From Candidatus Altiarchaeota archaeon (GTDB taxonomy: Archaea; Altiarchaeota; Altiarchaeia; IMC4; SCGC-AAA252-I15), in assembly GCA_043804895.1 (NCBI GenBank), contig JAZDIN010000001.1, positions 1-48,209 on the forward strand: a stretch of 48,209 nt of DNA, given 5' to 3'. The notes below the pieces were generated by a model. It did not search any database. It was not told the DNA's origin and saw only the letters and a program-made list of their open reading frames with translations. Both the position numbers and the translations under genes were made by a program. Position 1 is the stretch's first letter, and each line of letters begins with the position of its first letter. Positions 28,159 through 37,644 of the stretch are shown here, piece after piece.

Positions 28159-29211
28159 TTATCCCCTCTGCAGGTTCACGCCCTTTATCTTACCCTTGTA
28201 TTTGGCGTACCTGCTGTAGTCGATGTATTCCTTGTGTTTTATCTGCTCCCGTATAGGCTTCGGATTCCTGTTCTTGCTTATTCTGCTTGTGGCCTCGATA
28301 ATGAACGAGTCGCTTCCTGCGCCTGAGCCGTATGCGGTGACGAGTATCATATCCCCTGCATGTGCGACGTCAAGGACCGCGCTCAGTCCGAGCGGCACAG
28401 CCCCGGAGTATGTGTTGCCTATCATGGGGGCTAGCAGGCCTACCTCAATTTGCTCCTTCTTGAAGCCGAGCATCTCGGCGACTACCTGGGGGAACTTCCC
28501 GTTCGGCTGGTGGAATACCGCATACTTGAAGTCCCCAGGCTCCATGTCGTTGCGTTCCATTATCCTCCTCGCAGCCGAGGTGACGTGCTTGAAGTATGCC
28601 GGCTCTCCTGTGAACCTTGAACCGTGTCGCGGGAAATCCTGGCCGTCGCGTCTCCAAAAGTCAGGCGTGTCTGTCGTGAAAGAGTAAGTGTCAAGGACCT
28701 CAGCAATGGTCCTGTCCTCCCCGATAATATAGGCCGCGCCTCCTGCAGACGCTGTGTACTCTAATGCATCTCCTGGCCTACCCTGGCTTGTGTCAGCGCC
28801 TATGGCTAGGCCGTATTTTATCATCTTCGACTTCGAAAGTCCAATGCATGTCTGTATCGCCGCAGTTCCTGCCTTGCATGCGAACTGGTAGTCTGCCGCG
28901 GTCAGGTCGGGGGTGGCTTCCACGGCTTCAGCGACGATAGTCGCGGTCGGCTTCACCGCGTAAGGGTGGGATTCCGAGCCGACGAATATCGCCTCGATGT
29001 CCTGCGGGTCTATCTTCGCATGTTTTACAGCGATTCTCGCTGCCTCGACGGAGATTGTGACGACGTCCTCGTCCATTGCAGGGACGCTCTTCTCATAGAC
29101 GTTGAGTCCTCTGCTTGTCCGCTCTCCGTCCGCGCCCCAGACCTTGCTTATCTCCTCAGTCTTTATCCTGTATTTCGGCACATAGGCGCCGTATCCGACT
29201 ATGCCGGTCAT
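28159..29211 (-). CDS. Hydroxymethylglutaryl-CoA synthase
   Basis: [26 protein letters not shown] and GNTYSG. Confidence 0.95.
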   Translation of the reverse strand: MTGIVGYGAYVPKYRIKTEEISKVWGADGERTSRGLNVYEKSVPAMDEDVVTISVEAARIAVKHAKIDPQDIEAIFVGSESHPYAVKPTATIVAEAVEATPDLTAADYQFACKAGTAAIQTCIGLSKSKMIKYGLAIGADTSQGRPGDALEYTASAGGAAYIIGEDRTIAEVLDTYSFTTDTPDFWRRDGQDFPRHGSRFTGEPAYFKHVTSAARRIMERNDMEPGDFKYAVFHQPNGKFPQVVAEMLGFKKEQIEVGLLAPMIGNTYSGAVPLGLSAVLDVAHAGDMILVTAYGSGAGSDSFIIEATSRISKNRNPKPIREQIKHKEYIDYSRYAKYKGKIKGVNLQRG

Positions 29212-29915
29212 TTTAGGCTACCTCTCAACCTCTCTATGAGCTCCCTCTCAGTCTTCAGTTTTGAAACCACGAGTGGTATGTTCTCCCTCTCAGCTATTCG
29301 TCTTGCAAGCATATCAACTCTGTTCGGGGATAGCCCGTGCAAGATCATGACGCCTGGCTTAGGTTGGGTGACCTTAACGGCTATCATAGGGGACCGTCCC
29401 ATCTTCACTTTAGTGAATATGAGGGCGCGCTCTGTGCTTGAGCCGTAGATGGTGCGGAAGTCCCTGTCAGACAGGTTCAGGATGGCCTGTATACTGTCAA
29501 TTATCGTATACCCTCGAAGTTCCCTGTTGTTCAAGATTTTCTTGTTCGCTATAACTTCCCCATCTATGAGTTTGATGAATTTACTGGCCTTTATTGGGGT
29601 TTCAAACTCCCGGAGCTCCACCATGGCTTCTGATTGGGGTGGTACCGTGAATTTTCCTATTATCTGTCCGCCCTTCTCCTCATCGATGTTTATGAGCGTC
29701 TCCACGAATCTCTTGACGAAGTGCGTGCCTGGCGACTGTCTCCTGCCTGACTCATAGTCTGATATTACCGACGGGGAGACCTTCAGCCTCTTCGAAAGTT
29801 CGGTCTGCTTTATGCCAAACACCTCCCTCCACTTCCTCATCGACTCCGCCGCGTTGTTCGCAAGGGTTATCTCCCCAGCTATGTTCTTCGCGGCGTTTTC
29901 CTTCTCAGTCAACAT
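29208..29915 (-). CDS. XRE-HTH transcriptional regulator (archaeal family typically upstream of HMGS)
   Basis: IAGEITL, MRKWRE.F...[13 protein letters not shown] and [10 protein letters not shown]. Confidence 0.88.
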   Translation of the reverse strand: MLTEKENAAKNIAGEITLANNAAESMRKWREVFGIKQTELSKRLKVSPSVISDYESGRRQSPGTHFVKRFVETLINIDEEKGGQIIGKFTVPPQSEAMVELREFETPIKASKFIKLIDGEVIANKKILNNRELRGYTIIDSIQAILNLSDRDFRTIYGSSTERALIFTKVKMGRSPMIAVKVTQPKPGVMILHGLSPNRVDMLARRIAERENIPLVVSKLKTERELIERLRGSLK

Positions 29916-30044
29916 ACCCTCTGTTATATGTAAGCCGCATTTAAAAACTGTCGATTTTTGTATCGACAAAAGACGACTAGTGTTTTTTAATAACCCCCCT
30001 GCCTATACCTTAACCCGATTTCCGGAAGGGTAGGGTGTGTTGGT

Positions 30045-32051
30045 TTGGAAAAGATAGAAGCTTTCATAGAGAAACATCAGGAACAACTGCGACGCCTAGG
30101 CGAGAAATACCCTCAGGAGAAAAGTCTAATCCTCGACTTCCAGGAGCTTGAGCGTTTCGACCGCGAGCTCGCCGACCGCCTCCGCAATTCTCCGACCGAG
30201 ACAATCGATGAATTCAACGAGCGCCTGAACAAGATGGGCATCCTCACGGTCATCGAAAACCCGAAATTCCATGTGCGCTTCTCAAACATGCCGACTGAGC
30301 GGGGATATACTCTCCTCGTGAGGCAGATAACAGCCGAATACATCGGCAAGTTCATAGCAGTCGAGGGACTCGTCAACAGGATAGGAGACGTCCTCCCCAA
30401 GGTAAACCGCGCACTATTCGTCTGCAACACATGCGACGAGAGGAACTGGGTGCAGCAGGACAAGAGGATACTGATAGAGCCATTCAGGTGCAAGAGCTGC
30501 GGGAAAGGGGACTTCCGATTCGTGCAAGAGGAGAGCGAATGGATAGACGTGCAAAACCTGGAGATACAGGAGCCCCTCGAGATGCTAAAGGGCGGCGACC
30601 AGGCGAGGCGGATTGAACTGTGGGCTGAAGACGACATGACCGACGTCGTCAGCGCTGGAGACAAGATACGCGTCACAGGCATCGTGAGGCTGAAGCCGCC
30701 GAAGTTCAAGGGCGCAGTGTACTCAAAGCTCATCGAAGTCAGCTGCCTGGAGGGAATCAAAAGGGAATTCGAGGAATTGGAGATATCAGACGAGGAGGAA
30801 AAGGAGATAAAGAAGCTGTCCAAAGACCCGCAACTCTATGAAAAGATAGTGGACTCGATAGCGCCGTCAATCTACGCATATAACGAAATCAAGGAGGCCA
30901 TAGCCCTCCAACTCTTTGGAGGCCGGCAGGGGAAGGTTCTGCCAGACGGCACCAAGGTTAGAGGCGACATGCACATACTCCTTATCGGAGACCCTGGAGT
31001 CGCCAAGTCCCGCATACTCCAGTACGTGGACCAGATAGCGCCGAAGAGCATATACGTCACAGGGAAGGGCACAACCGGGGCGGGGCTCACAGCCACCGCG
31101 GAACGCGACGAACTGGCTGACGGTGCATGGACCCTCAAGGCAGGAGCCCTCGTCCTTGCAGGCGGCGGAATCGCGGCCATAGACGAGTTCGACAAGATGG
31201 ACAAGGAAGACCGGGGCGCAATGCACGAGGCGATGGAGCAGCAGACTATCAGCGTCGCGAAGGCAGGGATTATAGCCAAATTCAAGGCTAACACGAGCAT
31301 ACTGGCTGCGTCGAATCCGAAGTTCTCGAGGTTCGACAACTACAAGCCCTTGGCAGACCAGTTCGACATACCCCCCACGCTGATATCAAGGTTCGACCTC
31401 ATATTCCCCATAAGGGACATACTCGACCGGGAGACCGACCGCGCAATCGCAGACAAGATGCTGAAGATGCACCGCTCAGAGGATATGAAGGCCATAGAGC
31501 CAGCGATAGACGCTAACCTCTTCAGGAAGTACATAGCCTACGCGAGAAGAAACATCAGACCTGAGCTGACAGCAGGCACAGCCGAGAAGATAAAGGAATA
31601 CTACGTCGCATTGAGGGCTAGAGGGAAGGGTGGCGTAGCATCGGCGACTCCAAGGCAGCTTGAGGCGCTAGTCAGGCTCTCGGAGGCTTCTGCTAAGGTG
31701 AGAATGAGCAACGAAGTCTCAGTCGCCGACGTGGAGCGCGCAATAAGGCTCACAGAGTTCGTGCTCAAGGAGGTCGCGACAGACGCGACGACCGGCCAGC
31801 TTGACATAGACCGCATCGTCACAGACCACCCGAAGAGCACAAGAGACCGCATAAGGCTCGTGGAGGAGGCAATCCGCGAGCTCACCGGCTCATCAACAGA
31901 CGGCATGGCCAGCATGGAGGCCATACTGGACGCCACACGCGACAAGAACGTGGACAAGTTCAACGTGGAGAAGATAATCGACGAGCTGAAGAGCAAGGGG
32001 GTCATATACGAGCCTCGCCACGGCAGATTCATGTTCACAGAGGAAAGATAA
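30045..32051 (+). CDS. mcm: MCM replicative helicase
   Basis: Zn finger CNTC..CKSC, GDPGVAKS, IDEFDKM, SRFD and a C-terminal wH domain. Confidence 0.97.
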   Translation: MEKIEAFIEKHQEQLRRLGEKYPQEKSLILDFQELERFDRELADRLRNSPTETIDEFNERLNKMGILTVIENPKFHVRFSNMPTERGYTLLVRQITAEYIGKFIAVEGLVNRIGDVLPKVNRALFVCNTCDERNWVQQDKRILIEPFRCKSCGKGDFRFVQEESEWIDVQNLEIQEPLEMLKGGDQARRIELWAEDDMTDVVSAGDKIRVTGIVRLKPPKFKGAVYSKLIEVSCLEGIKREFEELEISDEEEKEIKKLSKDPQLYEKIVDSIAPSIYAYNEIKEAIALQLFGGRQGKVLPDGTKVRGDMHILLIGDPGVAKSRILQYVDQIAPKSIYVTGKGTTGAGLTATAERDELADGAWTLKAGALVLAGGGIAAIDEFDKMDKEDRGAMHEAMEQQTISVAKAGIIAKFKANTSILAASNPKFSRFDNYKPLADQFDIPPTLISRFDLIFPIRDILDRETDRAIADKMLKMHRSEDMKAIEPAIDANLFRKYIAYARRNIRPELTAGTAEKIKEYYVALRARGKGGVASATPRQLEALVRLSEASAKVRMSNEVSVADVERAIRLTEFVLKEVATDATTGQLDIDRIVTDHPKSTRDRIRLVEEAIRELTGSSTDGMASMEAILDATRDKNVDKFNVEKIIDELKSKGVIYEPRHGRFMFTEER

Positions 32052-32557
32052 TGGAATACTTTGACGTAGTTGATGAGGACGACAACGTGGTGGGCGTTGC
32101 GACAAGGCAGGACTGCCACAAGAAGAAGCTCCTCCACAGGAGCGTGATGTTCTTCGTCTTGGACCAGAAGGGCAGGATATTCGTAAACAAGAGGTCCAAG
32201 GACAAGGAATTCTTTGGAGGTATGTGGAGCATAGTCCTCGGAGGCCACGTGGAATCAGGGGAGAGGTACGACCGCGCGGTCATGCGCGAGGCTGAGGAGG
32301 AAGCAGGCATCAGGGCTGCTCCGTTCAAGATAGGATTCTTCAAGAAGAGGATGCCTGAGGAGAAGGAGAACGTGAGCGTGTACGGCTTCAGGGTCGACAA
32401 CAAGCCGAGGCTGCTTTCCGGTGAAATCGAGTTCGGCGATTTCATGACCTTGGATGAGGCCGAAGCTAAGATGAACGTGGAGAAATTCATACCTGAAACC
32501 ACTCAGCTACTCCCACTCCTTCGGGGTCACCTGAAAGCCTACCACTCAGCCGACTGA
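32051..32557 (+). CDS. Nudix hydrolase (IDI-1/YfcD-like fold)
   Basis: Nudix box GHVESGERYDRAVMREAEEEAG and LLHRS. Confidence 0.88.
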   Translation: MEYFDVVDEDDNVVGVATRQDCHKKKLLHRSVMFFVLDQKGRIFVNKRSKDKEFFGGMWSIVLGGHVESGERYDRAVMREAEEEAGIRAAPFKIGFFKKRMPEEKENVSVYGFRVDNKPRLLSGEIEFGDFMTLDEAEAKMNVEKFIPETTQLLPLLRGHLKAYHSAD

Positions 32558-33507
32558 GGCAACTGGTATATCATCTGGTTCGAAGGCAACGCAACGAACT
32601 TAGTGTTTGGGTTGTTGTACAACTCCTCAAGCACCTGAAGCTGCTTGAAGTCATAGACCTTTTGGTTCTCCTTCATCGCGTCCGCGACGGTCTTCAGCGC
32701 CTCAGCTTCGGCCTTTGCCACGATAAGCTTCGCCTCAGCCTCCCCTCTCGCCTTTGCAATTTTTGCCTGCGCTTCACCCTCTGCTATCGCGACCTGCTGG
32801 TTCGCTATTCCCTGACCTTGCAGCTTAAGCCTTTCAGCCTCCTTCTGGGCAAGGTCCAACTCATACTGCTTCTTAAATGACAATTGCTCCATAGCCTGCT
32901 TGTCCTCTATGGCACGTGCTATCTGGGCAGGCATCTTAACCTCCCTCACTAAGACGTCCTCAAGTACGAAGCCATCCGATTCGAACAGTGGCATAAGCTT
33001 CTTGTATATCTCCTGCTGGAGTTTCTCCCTGCCTGGCCCGTATATCTCAGTTACAGACATTCCGCCGCTGACTTCCCTGGCGACTGAACGTATCTTCGGG
33101 ATTATTGTGCCTGTCCGGTAGTCCTCTGTGAGCTCCTGTATTATCTTTGGAGTCATTTCCGGTTTTGTCCTGTAGAGGACTGTCACATCTGTCGTCACGA
33201 TAAGGCCCTCCTTTGTAGGGGCTGTTACAGCTATATCATCCCCGCCCGGATATAGGTCAACGGTGTCCCTAGAGGTCTTGACTAGGTAAATCCTCTGCGC
33301 TATCGGCACCTTAAAGCTCCAGCCAGGTTCGCGTATCTTACCGATGTTTATCCCGCCCCACGCACTGTATTCCACCCCAACATACCCTGCGGGTATGACC
33401 ACTAGGATGTCTGACACGACACTCATGAAAATTATGAAACCAAAGAAACCGAATATGAGCCACCTAAGCGTCTTCCCAATACCCTCTGCATTGACATACC
33501 TTTCCAT
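32539..33507 (-). CDS. SPFH/prohibitin (band 7) protein
   Basis: N-terminal TM, IPAGYVGV, SPFH core and an AEGEA/AEAEA coiled coil. SD AGGTGAGG. Confidence 0.92.
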   Translation of the reverse strand: MERYVNAEGIGKTLRWLIFGFFGFIIFMSVVSDILVVIPAGYVGVEYSAWGGINIGKIREPGWSFKVPIAQRIYLVKTSRDTVDLYPGGDDIAVTAPTKEGLIVTTDVTVLYRTKPEMTPKIIQELTEDYRTGTIIPKIRSVAREVSGGMSVTEIYGPGREKLQQEIYKKLMPLFESDGFVLEDVLVREVKMPAQIARAIEDKQAMEQLSFKKQYELDLAQKEAERLKLQGQGIANQQVAIAEGEAQAKIAKARGEAEAKLIVAKAEAEALKTVADAMKENQKVYDFKQLQVLEELYNNPNTKFVALPSNQMIYQLPQSAEW

Positions 33508-33516
33508 ATTGACACC

Positions 33517-33700
33517 TCACCTATAATCAATAGCAAATGTTTTTGAACTTTAATGAATATATACTTGCTATCGAATATGAGCGCTAGACGAAGTCTAGCG
33601 TCTCAGACGCAAGCCGATGGCTTGCACTGATGACGCAAATGACCATAAATATGGACTTTCGTATTCAACGAATGTTCAATCACTTTTATCATTTGCTATA
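33517..33700 (-). repeat. Copy 1 of the duplicated structured intergenic element (with a ~55 nt hairpin insertion)
   Basis: 49/62 identity (33517-33578 vs 41605-41666) and 22/27 identity (33674-33700 vs 41709-41735), aligned by hand. Confidence 0.8.
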
Positions 33701-33738
33701 ATAGTTACTGCGAATTCCGAATAAAAACCACTGTCAGC

Positions 33739-34818
33739 TCACCACTCCCTCTGGGGCATCCACTCCTTCCATTTGAGAACGAAAAAGACACTTGCTGTCG
33801 AGAGCACTGTTGCTATCGAAAGCGACCACATTATGAAGGAGAAGCTTAGGTGCTCTGATACCGCAGGTATGCCATAGATTGTCGCCAACGTGTTCGGAAC
33901 AAGTATGGCGGTGCCTATTATGGCAAGCCAAGTGGCAAGGAATGCAAGCCTGTTGTTGAGCATCTGAAGCTGGTTGTTGTATATCGTCTGCAACACCTCC
34001 AACCCGGAGGCCAGCACTTCGCTCATGTGTTCGCTAAGCTGCAGGTGCTGTGTGACATCAGTCGATAGTATCGTGAAACGCTCCAGGATCTTCTTGTTGT
34101 CTGTTACAATCTCAGCATCACCGTATCTTAGGCTGTTTACGACATCCAACGTCGCCCACAGGACGTTCATGTACGTTATGAGAGCGTGTTTCATGTTGTA
34201 TATGGCTGGGCCGATCTTGTACCTAGAGGATTGGGGGTCAAGGAGGTCCTTGCTCAACTCATCAGCCTGGGATTCAATCTCCCGCAGGTGGTCGAAGTTG
34301 CGGTCGTTGTTCTCGTCAAGTATCCTGATCAGGGTCAGCGTTAGCGCATCCTGCCACGACACGTTCTTCGGAATCTTCCTGAAGAACACATCGGCGTACC
34401 TAGAGAACTTGACGAGGCGCACGACTTCCCCCCCAGCCATCGTCAGTATGAACCCCTTACGCATCAGGATGATAAGCGGGTTGACTGTGACCTCCAAATT
34501 TTTCACAGTCACGGCAGGCATTAGCAGGCCGAGTTCAACGTCCCTGTCCTCGTACTCCGAGTAGTGTCCCTCAAGCAGTTTGGTTACGAGACCCTGGCTG
34601 AATCCGAGTGATGTTGCTATCTCCTCGCCTTTTCCGCGGATATCCTCGACTGTATAGTTGGTCCACGCTATCTTGGAATCCCCCAACAACTCCATTATCT
34701 CGTTTTGCGAATCGCACTGGATTCTTTTACACTCGCCGGTCTTGTTTAATGCGACGCAGAATGTTGGGCGTTTTACCCCATTATGTGACTCTCCTCTTCC
34801 GTTGCCGTTTTCAGCCAT
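33739..34818 (-). CDS. corA: CorA family divalent cation transporter with an atypical signature
   Basis: Long cytoplasmic domain, stalk NNQLQMLNNRL and two C-terminal TMs. YGIP stands in place of YGMN. Confidence 0.85.
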   Translation of the reverse strand: MAENGNGRGESHNGVKRPTFCVALNKTGECKRIQCDSQNEIMELLGDSKIAWTNYTVEDIRGKGEEIATSLGFSQGLVTKLLEGHYSEYEDRDVELGLLMPAVTVKNLEVTVNPLIILMRKGFILTMAGGEVVRLVKFSRYADVFFRKIPKNVSWQDALTLTLIRILDENNDRNFDHLREIESQADELSKDLLDPQSSRYKIGPAIYNMKHALITYMNVLWATLDVVNSLRYGDAEIVTDNKKILERFTILSTDVTQHLQLSEHMSEVLASGLEVLQTIYNNQLQMLNNRLAFLATWLAIIGTAILVPNTLATIYGIPAVSEHLSFSFIMWSLSIATVLSTASVFFVLKWKEWMPQREW

Positions 34819-34879
34819 CTTATTCTACGCGCTACTTGACAGAAATACTATCATTATTCTCCATACCCTTATATACTCC

Positions 34880-35863
34880 TCACTCCTGTTTTGCATCGAC
34901 TTGCCTTGACATTAGTGGTATTATCATCCTCCTCATCCAGGTGCCCTCCTCCCTCATCAACGTCGTCTGCCTGTGGCCGGCCCCCCGTCTTTTCGACAGT
35001 ATAGGCCTTATTATCCTCCTAATCCACGGTCTAATCTCTCCTCCCCTCTTTTGTGGCTGCATCGCCTCCTCACCTGATAGCGTCGTCTGCTTGAATGTTT
35101 CCCTCATGCCTTTGAAAATCGGGAGCATGTTGCTCTCTTGCTGCCGTGTTTGCGCCACCTGTGTGAGCGTCGTCTGAATCGTTTTCACTCTATGCTTTCT
35201 TGAAAGCACCGACAGTCGTATGTTCGGCTTCTTACTTTTCAGGAATTCAATCGTCCTGTCAATGTAGTGGCTGCTCAGATAACGTCCATGAAGCATCAGC
35301 CTCTTGTCTGTGAGGTCGTATTCGCAAAGCACCCTTTTGCCTCTCACCACGGTCAGCCTCAAGAGGCGCTGGCTCAGGTTAGAGTCTTCATGGTCTTTGA
35401 GGTAACCCCAAACTGCGTCGAATTTTTCGTTCATGTCCTTGAATGGCACGGTTGCGTGGAACTTGTGCCAGTCAAGTTCGTTTAACCGTTCCCCCTTGCA
35501 TATCGGATTAAGCGCGTACACGAGGTCACGTCTTAGGCTCCTTAACTCGTCAGACGGCTCAATGTCAAGGTATATGATATCACTCAGCTGGCTGAATACA
35601 AGCCACTTCCTCTGCCCGCGATAGTGGTTGAAACCACTAATCCTGTAGGAGACCATCTTATACTTGCCTGCGACATCCACCAGCCTCTTAAGCATCTCAT
35701 GCTCGTTCCCAGTCCTGAACGGCCCTAAGATTACGAGCGATGGCGCGGCGTTCTTCATCGTGACGTCGTCTATCCTGAACCTCCTAGCTGTCGCATAAAC
35801 GAGCCTGCGGATGTACTCTCTTGCATACCCAGCAAACCTTATCTCAATCAGATACTTTGCCAC
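34880..35863 (-). CDS. 2H phosphoesterase (2'-5' RNA ligase-like) protein with a repetitive C-terminal tail
   Basis: Second motif FHAT is present, while the first motif position reads PSLVILGPF. Confidence 0.65.
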   Translation of the reverse strand: MAKYLIEIRFAGYAREYIRRLVYATARRFRIDDVTMKNAAPSLVILGPFRTGNEHEMLKRLVDVAGKYKMVSYRISGFNHYRGQRKWLVFSQLSDIIYLDIEPSDELRSLRRDLVYALNPICKGERLNELDWHKFHATVPFKDMNEKFDAVWGYLKDHEDSNLSQRLLRLTVVRGKRVLCEYDLTDKRLMLHGRYLSSHYIDRTIEFLKSKKPNIRLSVLSRKHRVKTIQTTLTQVAQTRQQESNMLPIFKGMRETFKQTTLSGEEAMQPQKRGGEIRPWIRRIIRPILSKRRGAGHRQTTLMREEGTWMRRMIIPLMSRQVDAKQE

Positions 35864-35932
35864 AGTATTAGGAAAATAGATTCATGGAAAATAAAGAGAC
35901 CAATTTATCTTTGCTAAATCCTAAGCCTTATC

Positions 35933-37201
35933 ATGGAATTCAACGTATCGCCTGTCGGTCGCCTTGTTGGCAGTATCGCAGCTCCGCCAAGCAAGTCCTA
36001 TACCATACGTGCAGTTCTCTCCGGCCTCCTTGCTGATGGAGTCTCAAAGATACGCTCGCCGCTTATGTCAAGGGACACTGAGGCCGCGTTCAACGCGTGC
36101 AGGCTCTTCGGCGGGGAAGTTAGTCAGAAGGGTGATGCAGTCGAGATAGTAGGCACGGCAGGTAAACTCTCTTTACCGAAGGCTGTCGTTGACTCATTAA
36201 ACTCAGGGACTACGATACGGATATGCACTGCATTAGCCTCATTATGCGGAAGTGAAGTGGCGTTGACAGGCGACGAGTCAATAAGGCGCAGGCCGATTCA
36301 ACCGCTCTTGGATGCTTTGTCACAGCTTGGCGTTGAATCCTCTTCAACTAATGGATGTCCTCCACTTAAAGTCAAAGGCCCGCTTCTCGGCGGGGCATGT
36401 AAAATAAGGGGTGATGTTAGCAGCCAGTTCATCACAGCGGTGCTCATGGCCGCACCATACGCGAAGAAGGAAGTGACAGTAGAACTAACATCCCCCCTGA
36501 AGAGCAGGCCTTATGTTGATTTGACGTTGGACATGCTAGGCCTCTTTGGGGTTGAGGCTAGGAATGATGGCTACAAGTGTTTCACTGTGCCTTCAGGCCA
36601 GACATACAAGGCTGCAGAATATGCTGTTGAGGGGGATTACAGTTCAGCAGCCTTCATAATTGCTGCCGCTGCCCTCACAGAGTCGAACGTTGAGGTGAAG
36701 AACCTCTCCAAGGATTCCCTCCAAGCTGATAGGAAGATTCTGGAGATAATCTCGATGATGGGAGCCAAGGTTAAGGTTTCTGATGGCTCGGTCACCGTCG
36801 TCTCGGACGGCAGGTTGAAAGGCCTGAAAGTCGACCTCTCCGATTCACCAGACCTTCTACCAATAGCATCGGTCCTTGGTGCATTGGCTGAGGGCAAGAC
36901 GGAAATCGTGAACGCGGCACACGCGCGCCTTAAGGAGTGTGACAGGATCAAGGCCATGGCAACGGAGCTTAAGATGATGGGCGCCCAGGTCAAGGAGCGG
37001 CAGGATGGTCTAGAGATTGTGGGTGGCCTGTTGGTTGGTGCCAGGGTGGAAGGCTGGTTGGATCATCGGGTTGTGATGGCATTGGCTGTGGCAGGCTTGA
37101 AAGCGAAGGGGCAGACTGTGATATCCGGTGCTGAGCATATTGATGTCACCTTCCCTGAATTCAAAAATACACTAAACACACTGGGGGCGAAGATAATATG
37201 A
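35933..37201 (+). CDS. aroA: 3-phosphoshikimate 1-carboxyvinyltransferase
   Basis: PPSKS, NSGTT.R, SSQF, RLKECDR and DHR. Confidence 0.97.
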   Translation: MEFNVSPVGRLVGSIAAPPSKSYTIRAVLSGLLADGVSKIRSPLMSRDTEAAFNACRLFGGEVSQKGDAVEIVGTAGKLSLPKAVVDSLNSGTTIRICTALASLCGSEVALTGDESIRRRPIQPLLDALSQLGVESSSTNGCPPLKVKGPLLGGACKIRGDVSSQFITAVLMAAPYAKKEVTVELTSPLKSRPYVDLTLDMLGLFGVEARNDGYKCFTVPSGQTYKAAEYAVEGDYSSAAFIIAAAALTESNVEVKNLSKDSLQADRKILEIISMMGAKVKVSDGSVTVVSDGRLKGLKVDLSDSPDLLPIASVLGALAEGKTEIVNAAHARLKECDRIKAMATELKMMGAQVKERQDGLEIVGGLLVGARVEGWLDHRVVMALAVAGLKAKGQTVISGAEHIDVTFPEFKNTLNTLGAKII

Positions 37202-37302
37202 AACAAAACAGCATCTTTCAAATGTGGGTGGACATAGTCAACGTAGGTTTAGGTGAGATAAAACTCGGGATAGCAATGCTCAGGGATTCGATGAAGAAGT
37301 GA
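37198..37302 (+). CDS. Putative 34 aa small protein
   Basis: MKQNSIFQMWVDIVNVGLGEIKLGIAMLRDSMKK. ATGA overlap with aroA, and the stop abuts the panD stop. Confidence 0.5.
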   Translation: MKQNSIFQMWVDIVNVGLGEIKLGIAMLRDSMKK

Positions 37303-37644
37303 CTAACTCACTCTGTTATTTTTACCCACCACGATAATCCTCGGCTTATGCCCTTTAACTTCTTTCTCTTCGAAGACCCCGAATGCCATTATTATGACCC
37401 TATCCCCTTTTTTGACGAGCTTCGAGGCGGCTCCGTTGACCTCCACAACACCGTCGCCTCCTTCGACGACGTACGTCTCGAACCTGCTACCGTTTGTCAA
37501 GTCGGAGACTAGGACTTTCTCGTGAACGCACAGGCCGCATTCCTTGATGAGTTTTTTATCTATTGTGATGCTGCCGACATAGTCTGTGTTGGTCCCGGTG
37601 ACTGTCGCATTGTGTATCTTCGACTTAAGTAGAGTCCTCATCAT
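37303..37644 (-). CDS. panD: Pyruvoyl-dependent aspartate 1-decarboxylase
   Basis: KSKIH, the YVG-SITID cleavage site, RFETY and NGAA. Confidence 0.93.
   Translation of the reverse strand: MMRTLLKSKIHNATVTGTNTDYVGSITIDKKLIKECGLCVHEKVLVSDLTNGSRFETYVVEGGDGVVEVNGAASKLVKKGDRVIIMAFGVFEEKEVKGHKPRIIVVGKNNRVS

Noticed and set aside
29916-30044. Replication origin next to mcm
   Set aside because: The gap is short, with no repeated ORB-like G-string motifs and no cdc6/orc1 gene.
21811-32051. Inteins in LonB, RadA or MCM (common insertion sites)
   Set aside because: Protein lengths are normal and the P-loop regions are uninterrupted.
32051-32557. Type 1 IPP isomerase call, given proximity to mevalonate genes
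   Set aside because: The catalytic Cys motif is missing and the full Nudix hydrolase box is retained.
33627-33640. CTGATGA suggesting a hammerhead ribozyme core or fluoride riboswitch 3' motif
   Set aside because: There is no stem II followed by GAAA, and no GGCGATGG-type 5' motif. It also lies antisense to the flanking genes.
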